From an uncultured Gammaproteobacteria bacterium (GTDB taxonomy: Bacteria; Patescibacteriota; Patescibacteriia; Patescibacteriales; GWE2-39-37), in contig CAYUCS010000002.1 of NCBI GenBank assembly GCA_964443495.1, positions 260,021-324,020 of the forward strand: a stretch of 64,000 nt of DNA. The letters run 5' to 3'. The notes under the pieces are model-generated. The model made no database searches, was not told the DNA's origin, and saw only the letters and a program-made list of their open reading frames with translations. How positions within the stretch are numbered: position 1 is the stretch's first letter; the number at the start of each line of letters is the position of its first letter. Shown one piece after another: positions 12,601 to 20,470 of the stretch. Position numbers and translations under genes: made by a program.

Positions 12601-15338
12601 CGCCCGCCTGCCTGCTGCTGAGCTGTTCCGACCGGACTCGAAAGAACCCATTTCCCTGTCGGGTTTGTTGCTTCATCATAAATACTCAAGCTCGCCCCAT
12701 CGAAATTATCGGTATAATTTTCGTTATTGGAGCTAATTTGCAATTTGATCTGGTTACTACCAGCCAAACCGCTGGCCAATGTTTCATCCCAAGACAAGAA
12801 CATCGGCAATTCGTTGCTTCTTAATCCCAAATTGATCACCGGAGAAATAAACTCTCCGCCAGAAGCATAGGTCGCCGTCGGATCGCCACTATTGAAAGCG
12901 TTGACCGTATTCCAAATGGTTCCATTAGTATAAACTCTCGCGTTTGCCGTGCTGACTGCGACATAACCGTACTGATTGGCAAGTGTGATCTTGCCGGCCG
13001 AAGACATCGCCCCGGCACCACCTGAATCGAACTTATAAAAATTGGCGGAATTGAAAGAAATCCCATAAAGCTTATTATTGACATTGTCCACTGCCAGACT
13101 TGCCAAAAAAAGTGAATCTCCTAAAGCGGACCAACTAGTAGTACTCATCGCACCCGCGTCACCAGAATTGAATTTCAGAACCTCCCACCTAGTGGTATCA
13201 ACCACATACACCCTATGGTATTTGGGGTCGACGGCCACTTCGGTCGGGCCACTAAACTGGCCGACTCCGACACCAAACGAACCAAGCGTATACAGCGGGG
13301 ACGAACCGATGGGACCTGCACCTCCGGAGTCTAATTTAACGACCCTTCTATTCGAGCTATCAATAACATATACCCTATCATAATAAGAATCGACAGCTAC
13401 TCCGATTGGACTGGAAACAGTCGACGATGACATAGTCGAAGTTGACATCGGTCCGTATCCGCCAGAATCGAATTTTATAACCCGATTTCTTCCTTGCTCT
13501 GTAACATACACCTTGTCATATTTAAGATCTATTGCGATGCTTTGCGGACTCGACAACCCTCCCAGAACATAGACATTATTGCCGAAGGTCGTCCCTCCGG
13601 TACCCGAATCGAATTTAATAACCCTGTTATTACCCCTATCAACCATATACAGCTTATTGTATTTATCATCAATGAAAATTCCTCTAGGCTGATTCAGTGC
13701 CTTAGTGCCCGCGGCGCCACTTCCAATACTGTCAATAATGGACATTGTCCCGGTGGTGCTCGCATAATACATCGCGCCATAATATGTGGGTTGACCCCAA
13801 AATAAGAGATTGTGTTGTGCATCAAAAAAATTATTCCCCGGCGACCCTGTCGGCTCCGGTAGAACATCCCAGGTTGTCGAAGACATGGGTCCGTTACTCA
13901 GACCGGCATCGAATCTGACGATCCGATTATTTGAATAATCGGAGGCATAAACTTTGCCAGCTACAATATCGACAGAGACACCGCTAGGCGCGCTGAATTG
14001 CCCAACTCCGTTGCCAGCCGCTCCTATCGTATACCAGGTACTGGTTGAAAATCCCCCGGCAACGCTTACTCCGAGCTTTACTATACGATTATTGACCGAA
14101 TCGGCCACGTAAGCCAGGCTGGATGTCGCATCGATGAAAATTTGCTTCGGATCGCTAAACTGACCGATCGCCGCACCAACCGTGCCCAGCTTGCTCCAAT
14201 TGGCGGTCGACACATTCGAGGTTCTCGTGCCAGCATTAAACCTAAAAATACTATCGCATCCGTCGCTTGTTCCGTAAAGAAGATTATTGACCGTATCAAG
14301 GTACAGGCCCTTTACGTATTGAATCTGGCCCGTGCCGCAACCATAATTACTATACTCGAACAATTTCGACCCGATCGGCCCGGCGCCGCCGGAATCGTAT
14401 TTGAACAGCTTGCCAGAACTATCGCTCCAAAAATACAGAATATTGTTTTCCGTATCAACCGTCAGAGCCTGGGCATTGGCCCCAGCAAGCTGGGTAATGT
14501 TATCACCGAATTTAGTTCCGCCTTGTCCGGAATCAAACTTATAAATAGGTCCGCTGCCACCAGCGGCATAGATCTTGTTGTATTTGTTATCGACAAACAC
14601 TTGCGAGAAAGCATAGAGGTATTGCGGCACGGTTGAAATATTCGTGTTGAACGTCGTGGCAGCACTGGATCTTTTCAATGAGATAGAGGCATCACCTGAG
14701 CCGACAATTTCAACATTATTTAATAACCCTGCCGCAAAATCGCTTGCGTATGTAGCCGTCGAGGTGGCGGCGCCCGCATTCAAAGCTATTGAAGTCGTGG
14801 CTGCTAAATTGCTATCGGCCAAGAAATACCTAGCCCAATTTGCCAGGTTGGACGGAGTTGCGACTGCAACGGCATCGGCGCCATCCACCCAGCTCGACTG
14901 CATCCAGCCATAGCTGGCCGCCTTGCCCGGACTCTTGAAGCCGAAAAGGAAATTCGTTGCGATGGAGGTGATTACAGCCACAACAACCATCGTGCCGATG
15001 CCAGTCAAGGAAAAGACCCTGACCCGATTCTGCAATTGTTTAAAATAATAATACGAAAAAGGGCAGCTCCTGAGCTCCCTTTGCCTAAAAAACAGATTGA
15101 ATGAGTTTCCTGGATCGGCCAGGAGGACGATGAAGAACTTCAAGATATCGAGAGCGATCTGCCAGAACACCAGATAGATATTCAGCCTGATGACGCTGAA
15201 ATAAAAAACACTCGAAGCGTACGGCTGGTTGAGCCGTTGTTCGAGCTTTTGGGCTAATTTGAGCTCAGTCCGCTGGACCTCGCTTTGCAAGAGTTGGAAT
15301 AATTTCAGCATGAAAAAAAACATGAAAGTTTGTCGCAA
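6648..15338 (-). CDS. giant N-terminally anchored surface protein (NHL-like beta-propeller repeats, two concanavalin/LamG-like domains, ~10 Fn3-like modules, coiled-coil linkers)
   Basis: Uninterrupted 2,896-codon ORF.
- About 11 repeats with the signature NNR(I/V)(V/I)KFDSGG.GP (nt ~12880-14620).
- LamG_3-type motif WYHVAFTYDG...LYVNG...WNGQIDEVAIYNRPLS (nt ~11256-11915).
- Repeated ISW.T....V.Y...H.V.L.GL.P.T.YY modules (nt ~6650-10090).
- Start uncertain: the track start is TTG 15338, ATGs occur at 15323 and 15311, and a signal-anchor-like MVVVAVITSIATNFLF begins at 14990. Confidence 0.9.
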   Translation of the reverse strand: MRQTFMFFFMLKLFQLLQSEVQRTELKLAQKLEQRLNQPYASSVFYFSVIRLNIYLVFWQIALDILKFFIVLLADPGNSFNLFFRQRELRSCPFSYYYFKQLQNRVRVFSLTGIGTMVVVAVITSIATNFLFGFKSPGKAASYGWMQSSWVDGADAVAVATPSNLANWARYFLADSNLAATTSIALNAGAATSTATYASDFAAGLLNNVEIVGSGDASISLKRSSAATTFNTNISTVPQYLYAFSQVFVDNKYNKIYAAGGSGPIYKFDSGQGGTKFGDNITQLAGANAQALTVDTENNILYFWSDSSGKLFKYDSGGAGPIGSKLFEYSNYGCGTGQIQYVKGLYLDTVNNLLYGTSDGCDSIFRFNAGTRTSNVSTANWSKLGTVGAAIGQFSDPKQIFIDATSSLAYVADSVNNRIVKLGVSVAGGFSTSTWYTIGAAGNGVGQFSAPSGVSVDIVAGKVYASDYSNNRIVRFDAGLSNGPMSSTTWDVLPEPTGSPGNNFFDAQHNLLFWGQPTYYGAMYYASTTGTMSIIDSIGSGAAGTKALNQPRGIFIDDKYNKLYMVDRGNNRVIKFDSGTGGTTFGNNVYVLGGLSSPQSIAIDLKYDKVYVTEQGRNRVIKFDSGGYGPMSTSTMSSSTVSSPIGVAVDSYYDRVYVIDSSNRRVVKLDSGGAGPIGSSPLYTLGSFGVGVGQFSGPTEVAVDPKYHRVYVVDTTRWEVLKFNSGDAGAMSTTSWSALGDSLFLASLAVDNVNNKLYGISFNSANFYKFDSGGAGAMSSAGKITLANQYGYVAVSTANARVYTNGTIWNTVNAFNSGDPTATYASGGEFISPVINLGLRSNELPMFLSWDETLASGLAGSNQIKLQISSNNENYTDNFDGASLSIYDEATNPTGKWVLSSPVGTAQQQAGGRYLITSQAATAKYPSLLMAADLAGDFDVQVDYDMTGMSISSGSNAQMMQMTAGGKQWQCSVTLTNGITGFSNYTSSATSTATILSSYQPQRVGKLRVVRSGNTVNCWISDSLSSGWINFSRFVGGNGDKITDAAKANLLLGDQDSLANNETVAYDNFIVWGNNSGTLGFYGPSNSTSTYYLAKDSMIDSLHNGAQYLRYKAFLKSDFIGETPSLDAVNISYSYYGNGGPVGLWHFDGVNGSAIADGASIVDYSGFGNNAVASSTGGANMSYADQVGDLDWLGSSYANTASSSFLMTNMDLVPTKVSAEAWIKLYSTPSNVYGIISKRLSGNEWWFYVDSSRRLNFGAWDDTNTYIFNGQPASTTSVLNLDAWYHVAFTYDGQIGKLYVNGILDSSTVRTAGQISNKAPGVQIGGVGATSNRYWNGQIDEVAIYNRPLSPMEIGAHYNQGNPSALEPGPQPSFTIASPFDSQSPANMLAKLSWSEVLLGGTDIRFHIRTSAEGSAWTPWLGPDGTSQTWFTMASGTEVMPLLFKDGATGGTSDQFMQYRAALFSDGRYSPVLDDISLTYVVNGPPEARYAIDPVQSATGSVAIRYEVRDRDTDSGTTPGQVTVSLEYCTDQTLSTTTCPDIGTGSGWATATAVTGDIGLASVDESVSTSTDPIGENSNWTAHELTWLPTVDFPEAYRNSGQFRVRLKIDDNEIVNRYGYATSTTFELDTKKPVINNIAVKADHAPNSTIVFDDITEDTAMEFRLSTDPSAYAGFTDNAGFQALGATTSFDMGNQPTAYIQVRDSRDNRSTTTVTLPDILRMTMIQDTSNLFVNPAEYRLFITWKKPTSSPPNGFSHYNIYRSLTNNAASFELVATGSPMNVNYFTDTVDDTGLTPQVDTWYIVSIEDSRGNTSYRSVPMWGFADGTQNAGEGGGGSSGVAPRISNVASTTYTTSAAISWDTDTRSDSLVYYQSTESCDFTGSTSPVQVVGVATMLDNAGSLGRHQVTVTGLSPATTYYFQPRSTSPTGVAGMTDCVLPGLSFTTAAGPAIVASSTRVVSVGNSSAEIAWQTDLPADSYVVFSANSNLAGSVELGSSDLVTDHVVTLFGLDPGKLYYFQVKSSNDIDSNQGAYYTFATTQDLTPPTISGITSATTDHSAVIQFATAKAATSTVTLTNNTDPAEVWSITIDTLNSNHYFDFSGLSSSTSYTISILARDQNGNAAAATSSLNTAAAPDTAAPVITLPGNFIVTDPTSASISWTTNEQSTSYIQYSTSSVSFETDFKEVGRSEAVTSHSVVLDNLAAGTTYYLRVKSTDPSGNTAYDPATPATYHDFQAVAQPLVISSVATGTVTSNSALVTYSTNHLADTLVRYGTSTGIYPFAQSSIAMTTEHAVTLNGLASSTAYYFQVSSIDGLGQGATSSEYSFTTAAAPIDPTDYQSSLDQIDDLLAQIAALQATASSTGSNDAATIASLQSQVASLQQQLAAANSRGGGGTLIIDKTDKVAPRISDIRITDLKSDSAKVNWKTDEETIGIVNYGKDNDLSGSLGSSAYSAGSSLAITNLEPDSKYSYKISVFDRSGNQASSNLQTFTTPTLEAQLKDEGKSDAEIAKLVEQAENKEENKTNILLAAAAKAMEIMSQVANQVSLGTLETTLLTQFDTIEKLAGSIPGPILGGEPLVVTGASTANISWITDKEASSLVAYAPEGVYIKAEGDNGYLQVVGDANNLSTNHSVRIAGLRPNTTYHYQLRSKAQLGPEAKSRDFTFKTKEEGLEVLTYGSEVKDPSTAVFRWSTNLEADTKLVVTPYRSGKLAVEEAKTEENKITTTMHELTAKDLESGVIYEVRLQSKDAKNRLAEEVIEQFTTSKDDLPPQITNVQTESALSQGKQLKVQTIVSWQTNEPTVGQVQYVKGVVTDDKEFPDKTALETTYSRKHVAVVTKFDSGTVYTFRITATDSSGNKTTSKVYTILTPKQKESVFQLILKNFEDIFGWVGQMGN

Positions 15339-15346
15339 CTGATATG

Positions 15347-15376
15347 ATTATAACACATGATACACCCTGCGAACAA
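15347..15376 (-). promoter_or_regulatory. candidate sigma70-type promoter of the giant gene
   Basis: The minus strand reads TTGTTC-18 nt-TATAAT. The predicted start site is only a few nt before the first in-frame start codons. Confidence 0.4.
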
Positions 15377-15384
15377 ATGCGCTC

Positions 15385-15432
15385 GCAACTCATCAAAACA
15401 GCCTCCGTGCGGAGGCTGTTTTGATGAGTTGC
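15385..15432. terminator. long perfect hairpin / bidirectional terminator
   Basis: GCAACTCATCAAAACAGCCTCC-GTGC-GGAGGCTGTTTTGATGAGTTGC has a 22-bp perfect stem. The inner part, AAAACAGCCTCC..GGAGGCTGTTTT, is a classical A-run/hairpin/T-run unit. It lies downstream of tsaC. Confidence 0.75.
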
Positions 15433-15466
15433 TATGATGTTGATAACTAAACGGTTGATGAGAGTC

Positions 15467-16069
15467 TTAAGAAATGCTTATCGCTCCCTGGCGGATAATC
15501 GTAATCTGCCCGGATGTGGCATCGACAATCGTCGAACCTGACGAGAATTCAAGTTCTCCGGCATCGGCCAAGGCAGCGATCAAATCGAGCCTGTCAGCGA
15601 AATAAGCGACCACCTGATCACCGGAAAGCGCGGCTGGTTGGCCGCTCGGATTGGCCGAGGTCGAGATTATCGGCTTACCCAAGCGACGCGAGAGGCTGGT
15701 GGCAACAGGATTGCTTGATAGGCGGACGCCGACTGCTTCCCGTCCGAAAGCCTCGCGATATTCTGGCCTCACCGGCAAAATCAAAGATAGCGGGCCTGGC
15801 CAATATTTCTTAGCTAGCCGGCGCGACAGCTTGTCGAAAATGAAATACTTTTCCGCCATTGACCGACTGCCTAACAAAACTAACAGCTGATTGTTTTGAT
15901 CGCGGCCTTTGATCTGATAAATCTTTTCCACCGCCCGCTTATCAGTCGCATCGCAGCCCAGGCCGTAAACCGTTTCAGTCGGATAAGCAATGACTTCGCC
16001 CCGGGCTAAAAACTCCGTTATTTTTTTCAATTTTGCCTGCGGCCTGGTTTTGAGATCGAGAATCATCAT
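15467..16069 (-). CDS. tsaC: L-threonylcarbamoyladenylate synthase (YrdC/TsaC type)
   Basis: 200 aa with ...IAYPTETVYGLGCDA... and ...ISTSANPSGQP..., which are YrdC/Sua5 core motifs. It is single-domain in length. Confidence 0.88.
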   Translation of the reverse strand: MMILDLKTRPQAKLKKITEFLARGEVIAYPTETVYGLGCDATDKRAVEKIYQIKGRDQNNQLLVLLGSRSMAEKYFIFDKLSRRLAKKYWPGPLSLILPVRPEYREAFGREAVGVRLSSNPVATSLSRRLGKPIISTSANPSGQPAALSGDQVVAYFADRLDLIAALADAGELEFSSGSTIVDATSGQITIIRQGAISIS

Positions 16070-16587
16070 ACGTTAAGCAGGGACTTCATCACCTCCAGGA
16101 CTTGCGGGAAAACCGGCTTGACAAACAAGACGAATTTGATGAAGTAAGGCGCAACCTCCGACTTTTCCAGGGAGGAAGTTACCCAAGTACCGACGATCGG
16201 CTGGCCGGAAACGGTATAGAGCGCGAGTCCGATCAACAGGAAACCTTCGATCGTGCCGAACAAGGCGCCTGCCAAACGGTTGATAGTCTTAAGGAATGGG
16301 ATTATCGTCAAAAGATCGAAGACACGGTCCAAGAGATAGAAGCCCAAGGCGATCAAACGATTGATAATGCCGTAGAGCAAGAAAAAAACCGTCACTTTGC
16401 CCAAAACTTCATGGCCCAGAAACCAGCCTGAAGCCCAATCATACGCCGGCTGATAGAACCAGCTGGTCAGCATTATGCCGCCGATGACGGCGACAAGCGA
16501 GCCGAAAGTCCTGATCAAGCCGAAAAACAAGCCATAAAAGATGAAGCCGGCCAGGATGATCAATAATATCGCGTCGAAAATCGCCAT
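16066..16587 (-). CDS. cvpA: CvpA-family membrane protein
   Basis: 173 aa. MAIFDAILLIILAGFIFYGLFFGLIRTFGSL... matches the typical CvpA N-terminus, and there are 4 TM helices. Confidence 0.8.
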   Translation of the reverse strand: MAIFDAILLIILAGFIFYGLFFGLIRTFGSLVAVIGGIMLTSWFYQPAYDWASGWFLGHEVLGKVTVFFLLYGIINRLIALGFYLLDRVFDLLTIIPFLKTINRLAGALFGTIEGFLLIGLALYTVSGQPIVGTWVTSSLEKSEVAPYFIKFVLFVKPVFPQVLEVMKSLLNV

Positions 16588-16592
16588 CCGGA

Positions 16593-17354
16593 TTATTCTT
16601 CGCCGAGAAGAGCCCTCAGCTCAGCGATTTCCCTCTGTTGAGCCTTAATCGTATCTTTCAGCTTCTTGTTTTCAGCCAAGAGCACGCCGACGCGCTTCTC
16701 GAAATCCTTGGCTTTCTTGGCTAGGATATTATTCTCAACAGTCAGATTCCTCGGCTTTTCAACCTTCTTGCATTCGCCGCCGTACAGATACTCCGCTTTG
16801 TCAGCATTGAGCATGCACTTGTTCGAATAGGTCTTCTTGATCGGGTCGCAAGGCGCCTTGATGCACTGCACCTTCTTCTGTCCGCAAACAGGGTTATAGT
16901 CCATGGTGCAGGCGACAGATCCTTTGTCTTCCTTTTTAACCGCCGGCTCGGCCTTTTTATCAGAGCCGGATAAAGTCATCTTGACCTGATTGGAGTAAAG
17001 GCCGCATTTGCCGCCAAGATATTCGCAGACGCGGACGTAATAAACGCCGTTGCCGGAGAAGGCGGAAAGCGTATCATCAGACTTGCTAGCCTCAGCATAG
17101 TAATTATAGCGGTCACCGGAGCGGAGCGGATAAGTCGGGTCCGGATTAAGCGACCAGACGATCTTGAAACCCTTCGGTGAATTACCGTCAGTCTTCCAAG
17201 ATATCCGGTTATCGCTGCCAGCGGATAAAGAGATGGATTTGACCGTGCTGGCCGGCGCCTGCTCGGTCACATAAGTAGCCAACACTGCATTGGTGCCGGC
17301 CAAAAATGCGGCGACAAGCAGCAAGGCCAATGCTGCCAGAGATTTTTTTTGCAT
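16593..17354 (-). CDS. secreted protein with an Fn3-like domain, a Kazal-type Cys-rich domain and a C-terminal coiled coil
   Basis: Signal peptide MQKKSLAALALLLVAAFLAGTNA. Kazal-like pattern C-x5-NPVCG...TYSNKCMLNADKAEYLYGGEC. The tail LAENKKLKDTIKAQQREIAELRALL is coiled-coil-like. Confidence 0.75.
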   Translation of the reverse strand: MQKKSLAALALLLVAAFLAGTNAVLATYVTEQAPASTVKSISLSAGSDNRISWKTDGNSPKGFKIVWSLNPDPTYPLRSGDRYNYYAEASKSDDTLSAFSGNGVYYVRVCEYLGGKCGLYSNQVKMTLSGSDKKAEPAVKKEDKGSVACTMDYNPVCGQKKVQCIKAPCDPIKKTYSNKCMLNADKAEYLYGGECKKVEKPRNLTVENNILAKKAKDFEKRVGVLLAENKKLKDTIKAQQREIAELRALLGEE

Positions 17355-17371
17355 GGATTTATGCTTAGAAA

Positions 17372-18901
17372 TTAGATTCTAGGAAACAATGAATCCGGCT
17401 TAGTCACTGCCGTGCCGGCAACCAGGCCGCCGAAGCGAGCCGCCTCATGGAAATTCTTCCGTGACTCGCCCTCACAGCCCAAAGCCAGCCAGATCGACTC
17501 GGCCACCTTCGGCATGAACGGCCAAGCCAGCCAAGCGATGATGCGCAAAGTCTCGAGCCAGACGTAAAAAGCATTGCGCATAGCAGCCGTGTCCGCCTGC
17601 CCTTCCTTCAATGCCTTCCAGGGCGCCAACCCTGTAATATTCTTATCCAACAATCCGACCAGCTTTGTGATGCCGGCCAGCTCATTGGAAATCAGTACGT
17701 TCTCCATCGAGTTGCAATAGACTGAAAGCTGATATTTAACCTCCTCAATCAACTTGCCCTGCGTCTCTTCGGGATTTATCGCTTCCGGAACCTTGCCATC
17801 ATAGCCGTTCAAAGTCATGGTAACCAACCTTGAAACCAGATTGCCCAGTCCGTTGGCCAAGTCGGCATTATATTTCTCATCCAAAAATTTCCAGGTAATA
17901 TCGCCATCGTTGCCGAACGGTGTCGCGCCCATCAAGAGATAGCGCGTGCCATCGACGCCGTATTTCTTGACCAAGTCCTCCGGGGCGATGACATTGCCGA
18001 GCGATTTGGACATCTTCTGCCCGTCGGACAAGAAGAATCCGTGCACGAACAGCTGTTCAGGTACCGGCAGCCCGAGCGAAAGAAGCATGGCCGGCCAGAT
18101 AGTGGCATGAACGCGCAAGATGTCCTTGCCGAGCAACTGTACGGTAGCCGGCCAGAATTCCGGTACGACACCGGCTTCGCCGTCCCAACCCAGGCCGGTG
18201 ACGTAATTGAGCAAGGCATCGGCCCAGACATAAATCGTCTGGCTCTCATCCCATGGCACAGGAATGCCCCACTTCACCTTGGCGCGCGAAAAAGCCACGT
18301 CATTCAAGCCGTTCTGCTCGATGAAGGTGACAATCTCGTTCTTGCGCTCAAGCGGACGGATCTTGATCTCATCGCGCTTGATCTTGTCGAGCAAAACGTC
18401 CTGGTAGGAAGACATCTTGAACATGTAAGCCTCTTCGCTCATCCATTGCGGCGCCACCTTGTGATCGGGACACAAGCCGTCAACCAGATCTTTCTCGTTC
18501 TTGAACTGCTCACAACCCTGGCAATAAAGGCCCTCGTACTTGCTCTTGTAAACATCTCCCTTATCATACATATACTGCAAGGCGCGCTGGATCGCTTTCT
18601 TGTGCTCCGGCTCGGTAGTGCGGATGAACCTGTCGTTCGAGATGTCCAATTCCTCCCAAGCCAGCTTGAACTTGGCCGCCACTTCATCCACGAACTGCTG
18701 CGGTTCCTTGCCCTCCTCCTCCGCCTTCTGAGCGATCTTGGCGCCATGTTCGTCGGTGCCGGTCAGAAAAAAGGTCTTGTCGCCGACCATGCGGTGGTAG
18801 CGCGCCAAGACGTCGGCGGCGATAGTGGTGTAAGTGTGCCCCAAATGCGGCTGGGCATTGACATAGTAAATAGGTGTCGTGACGTAGAATTTCTTATTCA
18901 T
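17372..18901 (-). CDS. metG: methionine--tRNA ligase
   Basis: 509 aa with HIGH-type motif (AQPHLGHTYT), KMSKS (QKMSKSLGN) and zinc knuckles (CQGCEQF...CPDH). Confidence 0.97.
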   Translation of the reverse strand: MNKKFYVTTPIYYVNAQPHLGHTYTTIAADVLARYHRMVGDKTFFLTGTDEHGAKIAQKAEEEGKEPQQFVDEVAAKFKLAWEELDISNDRFIRTTEPEHKKAIQRALQYMYDKGDVYKSKYEGLYCQGCEQFKNEKDLVDGLCPDHKVAPQWMSEEAYMFKMSSYQDVLLDKIKRDEIKIRPLERKNEIVTFIEQNGLNDVAFSRAKVKWGIPVPWDESQTIYVWADALLNYVTGLGWDGEAGVVPEFWPATVQLLGKDILRVHATIWPAMLLSLGLPVPEQLFVHGFFLSDGQKMSKSLGNVIAPEDLVKKYGVDGTRYLLMGATPFGNDGDITWKFLDEKYNADLANGLGNLVSRLVTMTLNGYDGKVPEAINPEETQGKLIEEVKYQLSVYCNSMENVLISNELAGITKLVGLLDKNITGLAPWKALKEGQADTAAMRNAFYVWLETLRIIAWLAWPFMPKVAESIWLALGCEGESRKNFHEAARFGGLVAGTAVTKPDSLFPRI

Positions 18902-18927
18902 AAAAGATAAATCAAAATGTAAAATTA

Positions 18928-19650
18928 TTAATTATCATATCCCAACAAGCGCAGCAATTCATCTGGATAATTATTGATAATCATCTCATCGTCGAGCTTG
19001 ATCTTGTGCCTGAGCTTCTCGAGCGGCTCGTCGTCGCCCAACTCCCAGATACAGTGGGCGTCGGAATTGACAATAATCTTCTTGCCATGACGCTTCACCT
19101 CTTTCAACATCGCTGCGATGTCATCCAAGGTGTGCTCGGTCAAGCGGTGGGAACGCAGGTAAGACGTGTTTATTTCCAAAAGTACATTATGCTCACAGGC
19201 CGCCTCGGCCACTCTTTTGACGTCGAAGGCGATTTCCCTGGTGACGAAAGGATGGGTAATAATGTCGATCTTGCCGGAACTGATGGCCGAAATCATCGCC
19301 GAGGTGTTGGCGTCCGGACCGCGATCTTCATAACCCGCGTTACCATGAAAACCAGCCATGACGTAATCGAGCTTTCCCAGGATCAGGTCATCCATGTCCA
19401 GTTCGCCGCCGGCTCCGACGATGTTGGCCTCTATGCCTTTCAACAACGTCAGGCCGCCGAACATTGTCGGCAACCGCTTGATGCCTCCGAAATAATAATC
19501 ATTGGTCATGGAACTGTACAAACTCGGACCATGATCGCTGATGCCGATGATATCCATCGACAGCTCTTTGGCTTGGCCGACATACTCAGCGACCGTGCCG
19601 TAAGCATGGCCGCTGAAAATCGTATGGATATGGAGATCTACTTTCAGCAT
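18928..19650 (-). CDS. PHP-domain phosphoesterase (YcdX / histidinol-phosphatase-like)
   Basis: 240 aa. MLKVDLHIHTIFSGHA..., ...ISDHGP..., ...ITHPF... and ...NSDAH... form the PHP metal-ligand series. Confidence 0.8.
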   Translation of the reverse strand: MLKVDLHIHTIFSGHAYGTVAEYVGQAKELSMDIIGISDHGPSLYSSMTNDYYFGGIKRLPTMFGGLTLLKGIEANIVGAGGELDMDDLILGKLDYVMAGFHGNAGYEDRGPDANTSAMISAISSGKIDIITHPFVTREIAFDVKRVAEAACEHNVLLEINTSYLRSHRLTEHTLDDIAAMLKEVKRHGKKIIVNSDAHCIWELGDDEPLEKLRHKIKLDDEMIINNYPDELLRLLGYDN

Positions 19651-19652
19651 TA

Positions 19653-20462
19653 TTATTTCCCGATAATCACGACAAACTCCCCCTTCTGATCGTCCTGATT
19701 GCTTTTTATCTTCTCGATTATCTTATCTAATTCGCCGCGATAGACGGTTTCATACATCTTGGACAGCTCGCGGCAGACCACGACCGAGGTCAGCTGGATC
19801 TTTTTCTTCGTCTCGCTCTTTCTCGCTTTCTTATAAAACTTCTTCTCTTCCTCAATTTCGTAATTATCCTGGCTCCCGGCTTCATCATTTTGCTCCGCCG
19901 CTTCCTCATTCATCGTTCTCAACTCATCATTCAGGCTCTTGAGTTCCTCCAGAAACTTGATGATGCGGTGCTTCGATTCATAGACCACGACCGGATACTC
20001 GCTCTCGATGATCTTCATGATGAAGGTCTGGCGGCCTTTCTTGTGCGGCGGAAAGCCGAGGAAGACGAACTTGTCGGCCGCGACGCCGGAGATGGATAAA
20101 GCGGCCGTGACGGCTGAAGCGCCCGGCACCGACTCGACTTTGACTTCATCGTCGAACTTTTCCAAGACTGCTTGCACGAGCATGCCACCAGGATCGGAGA
20201 TGCCCGGCGTGCCGGCATCCGTGACCAGGGCCAGATTCTTGCCTTCTTCGAGCAGCGACAAGACGCGATCGACTTTATGCAGGTTCGAGTGCTGGTGGTA
20301 GGAGATGGTCGGAGTCTTGATGTCGTAATGGGACAGCAGCTTGCCGGTCACGCGGGTGTCTTCGCACAATATAAAATCAACCTCCTTGAGAATGCGGAGG
20401 GCACGGAGGGTGAGATCTTCCAGGTTACCGATTGGTGTGGCGACGATGTATAGGGTTGGCAT
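19653..20462 (-). CDS. rsmI: 16S rRNA (cytidine1402-2'-O)-methyltransferase
   Basis: MPTLYIVATPIGNLEDLTLRALRILKEVDFILCEDTR... and ...TDAGTPGISDPG are RsmI signatures. The gene carries an extra ~47-aa charged insert (see findings). Confidence 0.92.
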   Translation of the reverse strand: MPTLYIVATPIGNLEDLTLRALRILKEVDFILCEDTRVTGKLLSHYDIKTPTISYHQHSNLHKVDRVLSLLEEGKNLALVTDAGTPGISDPGGMLVQAVLEKFDDEVKVESVPGASAVTAALSISGVAADKFVFLGFPPHKKGRQTFIMKIIESEYPVVVYESKHRIIKFLEELKSLNDELRTMNEEAAEQNDEAGSQDNYEIEEEKKFYKKARKSETKKKIQLTSVVVCRELSKMYETVYRGELDKIIEKIKSNQDDQKGEFVVIIGK

Positions 20463-20470
20463 GCTTTAAT

